NCBI GenBank assembly: GCA_012727915.1
Contig: JAAYGD010000005.1
Location: 1 to 36,356 of the forward strand
DNA length: 36,356 bases
Reading direction: 5' to 3'
Source: Mycoplasmatota bacterium
GTDB lineage: Bacteria > Bacillota_I > Bacilli_A > RF39 > UBA660
A model generated the notes under the pieces. That model searched no databases. It was not told where the DNA came from and saw nothing but the letters and a program-made list of their open reading frames with translations. Below, piece by piece: positions 29,105 to 36,356 of this stretch. The position numbers were made by a program, and so were the translations under genes. The first letter of the stretch is position 1. Every line of letters begins with the position of its first letter.

Positions 29105-29740
29105 TTATTTTAATTTATAAGCATCAAACATATATATTATATTACCTTTTGATACAAACTTATCTTCATATTCAGTAGTAATTATATCTCTAATATTTGA
29201 ATTGTGCAAATCTAAGTTAACCTCTTTAAATATATATCTATCCATAGACAATGTTTCTATAGAGAATTCAAACAGATTTCTATTATCAGTCTTTAATATT
29301 ATATGATTATTATTCTTAAATATACTATCATATATGTTTAAATAAACTTCACTAGTCAGTCTTCTTTTTGAATGTCTATCTTTATGCCAAGGATCAGAAA
29401 AATTTAAATAAATACAATCAATTTCACTATTAAATATATCCATTAATTCCAAAGCATCACAACTTATAATTTTTAAATTATTAATATTAACTTCATCTAT
29501 TTTTTTTATAGCTTTATATAAAACACTATCATATTTTTCTATTCCAATGTAATTTATATTGGGATTTTTTAATGCATTTTCTAATATAAATTTACCTTTA
29601 CCCATTCCAATTTCTAAATGTATTGGATTATTGTTATCAAATATTTTATTCCATTTACCTTTATATTCCTTGTAATTATTTACTATATACTTACTATTTT
29701 GAACTATTTCTTTAGCGCCTTTTATATTTCTTAATCTCAT
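29105..29740 (-). CDS. trmB: tRNA (guanine-N7)-methyltransferase
   Basis: MRLRN, LEIGMGKG, LNFSDPW, KTDN and TEYEDKF motifs. Confidence 0.98.
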   Translation of the reverse strand: MRLRNIKGAKEIVQNSKYIVNNYKEYKGKWNKIFDNNNPIHLEIGMGKGKFILENALKNPNINYIGIEKYDSVLYKAIKKIDEVNINNLKIISCDALELMDIFNSEIDCIYLNFSDPWHKDRHSKRRLTSEVYLNIYDSIFKNNNHIILKTDNRNLFEFSIETLSMDRYIFKEVNLDLHNSNIRDIITTEYEDKFVSKGNIIYMFDAYKLK

Positions 29741-29802
29741 AACATCTCCTTTAATTATTATACTATAAAGAAATAATATAGTATAATTATGTTGGTGATT
29801 TT

Positions 29803-31245
29803 ATGTATAAATATTCATTAGATAACAAAAGATATCACACATTAAACTATCATTATTTTTCTATATTTAATAGCAAAGTATCTAAAATTAGTTTAAATGG
29901 TGGTTTTACGTGTCCAAATAGAGATGGGAAAGTAGCTGTAGGTGGTTGTATTTATTGTTCTAAGGACGCTAGCGGAGATTATGCAGGAAATGTAAATGAT
30001 GATATAAAAGACCAATTTGAAAATATAAAAAAAATAATAGATAAAAAATGGAACACAAATAAATATATTGCGTATTTTCAAGCAGGAACTAATACGTACG
30101 CTGATATTAATAAATTAAAAGATTTATATGAAAAAGCATTGAGTATTCCAAATGTAGTTGGTTTAAGTATAGCAACAAGACCAGATTCAATAGAAGATAA
30201 TGTCTTAGAATATTTAATAGAAATAAATAAAAGAACATATTTAACTATAGAGTTAGGTCTTCAAACCATTCACGAAAAAACTTCTCAATTAATTAATAGA
30301 GGTCATGATTTAAAATGCTTTATAGATTGTGTTAATAAATTAAGAAAACACAATATTAATGTTGTAGTTCATATTATTAATGGTTTACCTTATGAAACAA
30401 AAGATATGATGATAGATACAGTTAAATTTCTAAATACTATGGATATTCAAGGCATAAAAATACATATGCTTCATGTATTAAAAAATACTGAATTAGAAAA
30501 AATGTATAATAAAGAAAAATTTAAAATATTATCTTTAAAAGAATATGTAAGTATAGTATGCGATCAATTAGAGTATTTAAAAGATAATATAGTAATACAT
30601 AGAATAACTGGAGATCCTAAAGAAGAAGATTTAATTGAACCTTTATGGTTAACCAAGAAATTCTCGGTTTTAAATGAAATAGATAAGGAAATGGAAATAA
30701 GAGGAACATATCAAGGATTTAATAAAACTATATTAAATAGATTTGATTTAATTATTAATAAATTATTAAAAAATAATGATATTGTTGTAGATGCCACAAT
30801 TGGTAACGGAAAAGATACATTAAAACTTGCAAATATTGTTACTAAAGGTTTTGTATTTGGTTTTGATATTCAAAAGGAAGCACTTAAAAATACAAAAAAG
30901 TTATTAAAAGATAATAATATTACTAATTATAAATTATTTAATATCTCTCACGAATATATATTTAATAAATTAATGAATTATGAGAATAAAATTAGTTTAA
31001 TAATATTTAATCTTGGTTATTTACCTAATGGTGATAAAAGTATAATTACAAATCATATAACAACACTAAAAGCTATAGATGAATCAATAAAATTATTAAA
31101 TAATAAAGGTTCTATATTAATTATAGTATACCCTCATAAAGAAGGAAAAAAAGAAGGACGATTAATAAAAAAGAAATACAAATGTAAAACATTCAGAAAT
31201 ACTGATAACATTAATGCTCCTTATTTAATAGAAATAAAAAAGTAA
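29803..31245 (+). CDS. Fusion of a TIGR01212-type radical SAM protein (YtqA/MnmL) and a class I methyltransferase (YtqB/MnmM)
   Basis: N-part: FTCPNRDG..GGCIYC, YFQAGTNTY, ATRPD, ELGLQT, GIKIH. C-part from about 30720: VVDATIGNGKDT, FDIQ, FNLGYLPNGDKSIIT. Confidence 0.92.
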   Translation: MYKYSLDNKRYHTLNYHYFSIFNSKVSKISLNGGFTCPNRDGKVAVGGCIYCSKDASGDYAGNVNDDIKDQFENIKKIIDKKWNTNKYIAYFQAGTNTYADINKLKDLYEKALSIPNVVGLSIATRPDSIEDNVLEYLIEINKRTYLTIELGLQTIHEKTSQLINRGHDLKCFIDCVNKLRKHNINVVVHIINGLPYETKDMMIDTVKFLNTMDIQGIKIHMLHVLKNTELEKMYNKEKFKILSLKEYVSIVCDQLEYLKDNIVIHRITGDPKEEDLIEPLWLTKKFSVLNEIDKEMEIRGTYQGFNKTILNRFDLIINKLLKNNDIVVDATIGNGKDTLKLANIVTKGFVFGFDIQKEALKNTKKLLKDNNITNYKLFNISHEYIFNKLMNYENKISLIIFNLGYLPNGDKSIITNHITTLKAIDESIKLLNNKGSILIIVYPHKEGKKEGRLIKKKYKCKTFRNTDNINAPYLIEIKK

Positions 31246-31258
31246 GCTTTAGCTTACT
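31241..31258. terminator. Hairpin spanning convergent stop codons
   Basis: AGTAAGCT-TT-AGCTTACT. Confidence 0.5.
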
Positions 31259-31613
31259 CATTAAACTCATATACATAATTATTTTCAGATAATTTAGTAA
31301 TTGTTACAGTTCCAGTTAAAGGTTGTTTTGTTAAAGGACTTTTTATTTCTGCTGGCAAAAATCCTTCATCAATTAATTCTTCTACTGTAATTTCGACATA
31401 TCCTGGAGAAGAAAATTGACTTTTAAATGTTTCAAAAGAAAAATTTAAATAACTTTCTGCAGCTGCTTTTACACTTTCAATTGTAGTATTATAAGCCTTT
31501 TCTTTAGAATCATTAATAGTGTCCACTACTGATGGAACTACAATTGCCAATATAATTCCAATAACTACTATTATTGAAAGTAACTCTATTAAAGTGAATC
31601 CTTTTTTATTCAT
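31254..31613 (-). CDS. Type IV prepilin-like protein (ComGC-like)
   Basis: Class III signal KKG|FTLIELL with Glu5; ELIDEGFL motif. Confidence 0.9.
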   Translation of the reverse strand: MNKKGFTLIELLSIIVVIGIILAIVVPSVVDTINDSKEKAYNTTIESVKAAAESYLNFSFETFKSQFSSPGYVEITVEELIDEGFLPAEIKSPLTKQPLTGTVTITKLSENNYVYEFNE

Positions 31614-31621
31614 AAATCCTC

Positions 31622-32623
31622 CTATAACTTTAATACCTTTTCAAAATCTGGTAAAACTCCAACTCCACCTTTTCTATGTGGTGGCAATTGATATATATCA
31701 TGTCCTGGATATTCATTAGCTTCTATTAATAATACACCTTTATTACTAATTGCAACATCAAATCCAACCATTCCTATTTCTTTAACTTCATAAGAAGCAT
31801 CAATTGCATTTTTTTTTACTTCTTCCCAATTAGGAATTTGAAATCCTTTAATCTTAGTATTTGTTGTTGGATGTTTTTCAAATAATTCTCCAGACTTGCT
31901 TAATGCTGGGTAATTAATTTTTCCAGTTTTAACATCTACTGGAACCACCATTCCACCACTATTGAAATTATCTACAAATTTTCCACTTGCACCAATTCTT
32001 AAATACGCTACAACAACCTCTGCTTTTTCTTTATAATTAATAGTAACAACTCTAATAGTATTTATTGCATCTGGATTTAATTTTGACATACTATCATTTT
32101 GAATTACTAACTCTTCTAATACATATAATTTCTTAGAAACTAAATAATCATATAATTCCTTTGATTCATATTTTGATATTTTTATTTTTTCAATACCTTT
32201 TCCACAAGAGCCATCAATTGGTTTGCATATTATATATTCTTTATTTTTAATAAATTTTTTAAACTCATCATAATTGTCATTTAAATATAACCAATCTCTT
32301 TTTATATATTTATTAAATCTTTTATTAAATTCATTTTTATTTTTAAATATATGATAATAGTTTGGGTTATTTAAAAATCTTATATATTTATCGTTTTTTC
32401 CTCTTGTCATAATAGTTTTTCTATCTTTTTTTGATATATTGTAGAATTCAAATAAATAATAATCTCTATATCCAGCTTGATATTTAAAGCCACACCAAAT
32501 AATATCAAAAAACAATTTTATTGTATTTATATTAGTCTTTTTATTAATGTCTTTAATAGTATTAAAAAAATAACTAAAATCCATATTAATAATTCTTTTT
32601 AATAAATATTTGATCTTTTTCAT
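31622..32623 (-). CDS. Sugar-transfer-associated ATP-grasp domain protein
   Basis: KPIDGSCGKG, EELVIQ, NTIRVVT, VDNFNSGG, HPTT, GFDVA and IEANEYPG motifs. Confidence 0.85.
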   Translation of the reverse strand: MKKIKYLLKRIINMDFSYFFNTIKDINKKTNINTIKLFFDIIWCGFKYQAGYRDYYLFEFYNISKKDRKTIMTRGKNDKYIRFLNNPNYYHIFKNKNEFNKRFNKYIKRDWLYLNDNYDEFKKFIKNKEYIICKPIDGSCGKGIEKIKISKYESKELYDYLVSKKLYVLEELVIQNDSMSKLNPDAINTIRVVTINYKEKAEVVVAYLRIGASGKFVDNFNSGGMVVPVDVKTGKINYPALSKSGELFEKHPTTNTKIKGFQIPNWEEVKKNAIDASYEVKEIGMVGFDVAISNKGVLLIEANEYPGHDIYQLPPHRKGGVGVLPDFEKVLKL

Positions 32624-33168
32624 AATTCACCTATGCTATTTAATATTTCAGTTATATTATTTTTTAATTCTTCAATTGTTCCATTATTATATATTATATA
32701 ATCATAATCAGTATAATTATCTAATGCTATTTCAGTATAATTGTTTTTTTGATCATTAGTTAATCCATTATCATTTATACTATTTATTCTAATAGTAAAA
32801 ACCTTTTCATAATTATTTTTTATATTTATTAATTCATCCTTTATTCTCGCATCTGTTATTACAAAAGCATCAAAATAATTACTCAAAATATCAATATCTT
32901 CTTTCATTCTATTTGTAAAAAATAAAGGTTTATTAAATTTATTTCTTATGTCAGTTCCTAAAGATTGTAATAAATCTCGTGGTTTAGTTTCTTCAAGTCC
33001 GTCCCAACCAAAATAATCTTTAGCATACATTTTTATATATTTAGCATATTGAAGCTTAGTAACCTTATATTTTTTTGATTCTAAAAATTTTACAATTATA
33101 TCTCCTGTAACATCTTTTCCGGATCTTGCTTTACCAGATAATATGAATATTAATGGAGATTTATTCAT
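32620..33168 (-). CDS. P-loop nucleoside-monophosphate-kinase-fold protein (dNMP kinase or animal-type phosphomevalonate kinase-like)
   Basis: LSGKARSGKD, RDLLQSLG, ITDAR and EIALDNYTDYDYIIYNNG motifs. Confidence 0.75.
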   Translation of the reverse strand: MNKSPLIFILSGKARSGKDVTGDIIVKFLESKKYKVTKLQYAKYIKMYAKDYFGWDGLEETKPRDLLQSLGTDIRNKFNKPLFFTNRMKEDIDILSNYFDAFVITDARIKDELINIKNNYEKVFTIRINSINDNGLTNDQKNNYTEIALDNYTDYDYIIYNNGTIEELKNNITEILNSIGEL

Positions 33169-34306
33169 TAAATATCCCCTTCTTTATTTTATATTTTTTT
33201 AATACAAATAAATAAATTACTTTTAATGCTGCTGCAAGAGGAGCCGCAATTAATACTCCTAACATTCCAAATAAATAACCAAATATTAACATGCTTACTA
33301 AAATAGTAGTTGGACTTAGTTTCATAGTTTTACTCATAATTAATGGATTTATAATATTACCTTCAATTAATTGTATTATTCCCATTACAATTATAACTAA
33401 TAAACCTATAGCAGAACTTTGAGTAAATCCAACTATTGCAGCTGGTATAATTCCTAAATAAGGTCCAATATAAGGAATAACATTTAATATAGCGGCAATA
33501 AGCGCAAATAATAATGGAGCTTTTAATCCAATTATAGATAATACAATCGCAGCACATATAAATACAATTCCTGATGAAAACACCATACCTTTAACAAAAC
33601 CAAACAAAGAAGTATTTATATCAGTAGTTAATTCAGTATATTCTTCTTTATATTTTTTTGGAATCATAGAATTAATTTTAGCTTTAACCTTATCATAATC
33701 ATATAATAAGTAAAATCCCATTAATAAGCCTAAAGTAAACGTTCCAAAAGCAGAAAACATACTATTAATCATATTTAAAACTTTATCAGGCAAAGTTGTA
33801 GTAAGACTTTTTGCAATGTTTTGAATCGATAATATTATATCAGCTTTAGTAGTTTCAAAATTAACATACTCATTAGATTTTAATCCATTAAACAAATTAT
33901 TAAACCAAACACCCACTTCATCAAATATTCCGGGAATAGCTTTAATAAGCTCATTAATTTGATCCATTATAATAGGAATAAAAGATGTTATTGAAAGTCC
34001 AATAATTACTAATATCAATCCATATAATATTGCGCTTCCCCATAATCTTTTTATTTTTTTCTTTTCCAACCACATAACAACTGGATCTAATAACCAAGCC
34101 ATTACTAATCCAATAAATAAAGGAGTCAAAGCTTTTAATAGATTTAATAAAAACTTAATGATTCCCCACTCTTTACCAATAATAGTAGCGGCATAAACAA
34201 TCAATATTATTATTAAAACATATATTATTTTTAATATTTTTCCGCCTAATCCAATCACATTATTTAAATCATTATAATTAATTTTCTTATTATCTTTTTC
34301 TTTCAT
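33161..34306 (-). CDS. AI-2E family transporter
   Basis: AWLLDP, NVIPYIGP and QLIEGNIINPLIM motifs; multiple TMs; start at ATG 34306 after AGGAG. Confidence 0.93.
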   Translation of the reverse strand: MKEKDNKKINYNDLNNVIGLGGKILKIIYVLIIILIVYAATIIGKEWGIIKFLLNLLKALTPLFIGLVMAWLLDPVVMWLEKKKIKRLWGSAILYGLILVIIGLSITSFIPIIMDQINELIKAIPGIFDEVGVWFNNLFNGLKSNEYVNFETTKADIILSIQNIAKSLTTTLPDKVLNMINSMFSAFGTFTLGLLMGFYLLYDYDKVKAKINSMIPKKYKEEYTELTTDINTSLFGFVKGMVFSSGIVFICAAIVLSIIGLKAPLLFALIAAILNVIPYIGPYLGIIPAAIVGFTQSSAIGLLVIIVMGIIQLIEGNIINPLIMSKTMKLSPTTILVSMLIFGYLFGMLGVLIAAPLAAALKVIYLFVLKKYKIKKGIFNE

Positions 34307-34361
34307 ATACACTCCTATAAAAATTATACAACATATTTATGAAAATAACAAAAAAGAAATA

Positions 34362-36095
34362 TTATTTTTTATTTAATATTTCTTCTTTTATCATAAGTAT
34401 AAAATCATCTATCTTAATATTTACAGTTTCATTACTATTATATTTTCTATAACTAATTGTACTACTGTTTAACTCATTATCTCCAATAATTAAACTATAA
34501 GGTATTTTCTTAGTTTGAGATTCTCTCATTTTATATCCTAATTTTTCTTCTCTAGAATCCATTTCAACTCTTAATCCATTATCTTTTAACATACTAAATA
34601 AATTATTTGAGTATTCTAAATGATATTCATTATTAACTGGTATTACATTAATTTGAATTGGAGTTAACCATAAAGGGAAAGCCCCTGCATAATGTTCTAT
34701 TAATATACCCATAAATCTTTCAATAGAACCAAAGATTGTTCTATGTAACATAACAGGTCTCTTCTTAGAACCATCTTTATCTATATAAGTAATATCAAAT
34801 CTTTCGGGCAAATTCGCATCCAATTGAATAGTACCACATTGCCATACTCTTCCTAATGAATCTCTAATATGAAAATCCAATTTAGGGCCATAGAATGCTC
34901 CATCTCCAGGATTTAATTTATATTCTTTTCCAGCTTTTTTACATGCATTAGCTAAAGCTTTTTCAGATTTATCCCAAGACTCTATTGTACCTATATATTT
35001 TTCTTCTGGTCTAGTAGATAATTCTATATGATAAGTTAATCCAAATACTTTATACATTCTATCTACAAAATGAATTAATCTTACTACTTCATCTTCTATT
35101 TGATCTTCTGTCATATATAAGTGAGCATCATCCTGAGTAAATGTTCTCACTCTAAATAAACCATTTAATGCTCCGCTTGCTTCATGTCTATGAACCAATC
35201 CTAATTCACCAATCCTTAAAGGTAAATCCTTATAAGAATGCAATGAATTTTTATATACCAATATTCCTCCAGGACAATTCATTGGTTTAATAGCAAATTC
35301 TCTTTCATCTATTTCAGATGTATACATATTTTCTCTATAATTAATCCAATGACCAGATACTTCCCACAAATCTCTATTTAACATTATAGGAGTCTTTATA
35401 AAGCTATATCCTTCTTTTGTATGTTCATCATACCAATAATTTTCTAATATATTTCTTATAGTCATTCCATTTGGTAAAAAGAATGGAAATCCAGGACCAT
35501 ATTCACTCATCATAAATATGTCTAATTCTTTTCCTAATTTTTTGTGATCTCTTCTCTTAGCTTCTTCTAATAATTCTAAATAGTTATTTAATTTATCTTC
35601 AGTATCAAAACATATTCCATATATTCTTTGAAGCATTTTATTATTAGAATCACCTTTCCAATAAGCTCCACTTACTTTTAATAATTTGAAATATTTTAAT
35701 TCTTTAACAGTATCTACATGTGGACCTCTACACAAATCAGTAAACTCTCCTTGAGTATAGCAACTTATTATAGTACCTTCCTCCATATTTCCAATTAAAT
35801 CAAGTTTATATGGATCATTTTTAAATTTATCTATAGCTTCATCTCTAGATAATTCTTCTCTATATATTCTTTTACCATCTTTAGAAATCTTTTTCATTTC
35901 TCTTTCAATCGATTCTAAATCTTCTTCTTTTATTACTACATCTCCTAAATCAATATCATAATAAAAACCTTCTTCTATTACTGGGCCTACCCAAAATAAA
36001 GCATTTGGATATAATCTTTTTACTGCATTTGCAAGCAAATGAGCACAACTATGATTCAACACATTCAATCTTTCATCTTCCTTAATATTTATCAT
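34362..36095 (-). CDS. thrS: Threonine--tRNA ligase (lacks the N-terminal TGS domain)
   Basis: HSCAH, DLCRGPH, KPMNCP, GAFYGPK and WQCGTIQLD motifs. Confidence 0.99.
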   Translation of the reverse strand: MINIKEDERLNVLNHSCAHLLANAVKRLYPNALFWVGPVIEEGFYYDIDLGDVVIKEEDLESIEREMKKISKDGKRIYREELSRDEAIDKFKNDPYKLDLIGNMEEGTIISCYTQGEFTDLCRGPHVDTVKELKYFKLLKVSGAYWKGDSNNKMLQRIYGICFDTEDKLNNYLELLEEAKRRDHKKLGKELDIFMMSEYGPGFPFFLPNGMTIRNILENYWYDEHTKEGYSFIKTPIMLNRDLWEVSGHWINYRENMYTSEIDEREFAIKPMNCPGGILVYKNSLHSYKDLPLRIGELGLVHRHEASGALNGLFRVRTFTQDDAHLYMTEDQIEDEVVRLIHFVDRMYKVFGLTYHIELSTRPEEKYIGTIESWDKSEKALANACKKAGKEYKLNPGDGAFYGPKLDFHIRDSLGRVWQCGTIQLDANLPERFDITYIDKDGSKKRPVMLHRTIFGSIERFMGILIEHYAGAFPLWLTPIQINVIPVNNEYHLEYSNNLFSMLKDNGLRVEMDSREEKLGYKMRESQTKKIPYSLIIGDNELNSSTISYRKYNSNETVNIKIDDFILMIKEEILNKK

Positions 36096-36107
36096 AAATC
36101 CTCCTAT

Positions 36108-36292
36108 ATAAATAAAAAGAATGGTTAAGGAGTGCTAAGCACGGTACCATCCTTTATTTAACTCTAATATTATAACGTAATAAACGGGAACATTCCAACT
36201 AGAAAGTGGTAATCATTATATTATTATATTAGTTTTCACCAAACACTAACTCTCTACAATAATCATATAATAATATTGTCTCTCATCTCTGT
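36108..36292 (-). ncRNA. T-box leader (Thr)
   Basis: AGAGA and GGTGAAA stem I motifs; specifier ACC at 36208-36210; antiterminator AAGGA-TGGTACC-GTGC-TTA-GCAC-TCCTT. Confidence 0.92.
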
Positions 36293-36306
36293 TTTTCAAT
36301 AGATTA

Positions 36307-36335
36307 AATATACTATTAATTGATATAATTGTCAA
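36307..36335 (-). promoter_or_regulatory. Sigma-A promoter of thrS
   Basis: TTGACA-17 nt-TATATT. Confidence 0.75.
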
Positions 36336-36356
36336 TAACTATTGTTTAGTCCATGT

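Noticed and set aside
32620..33168. Prophage remnant suggested by the dNMP-kinase-like gene
   Set aside because: No other phage genes, integrase or att-like repeats; the gene is embedded in a coupled host operon.

Overview
This is an AT-rich chromosomal segment from a low-GC Bacillota genome. Gene content and style suggest a genome-reduced Bacilli lineage such as RF39 (inference). It uses genetic code 11, with TGA as a stop. Most genes are on the minus strand and most are housekeeping: thrS, tyrS, rpsD, infC-rpmI-rplT, fmt, trmB, rny, ezrA, cdsA, rseP, lspA and an RluA-family synthase. There is also an 8-gene tRNA operon, two T-box leaders, an L20 leader and a probable S4 leader. I saw no mobile element, CRISPR array or defence system. 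The most notable observations are: (1) both T-box riboswitches lack a canonical terminator hairpin, and in thrS a downstream ACCA-containing tract can pair back onto the tRNA-binding UGGU bulge; (2) a motor-less protein carries SftA-like N-terminal motifs at an sftA-like gene position; (3) a single-ORF fusion of YtqA(MnmL) and YtqB(MnmM); (4) a stand-alone RsgI/SEAL-like gene broken by one in-frame TAA; (5) a large FG-GAP/PQQ beta-propeller surface protein coupled to an ABC ATPase; (6) an L20 with a repetitive lysine-rich tail; (7) a 40-aa membrane microprotein missing from the ORF track; (8) an operon of AI-2E transporter, P-loop kinase, ATP-grasp protein and pilin. Family assignments come from motif recognition only; no searches were run.
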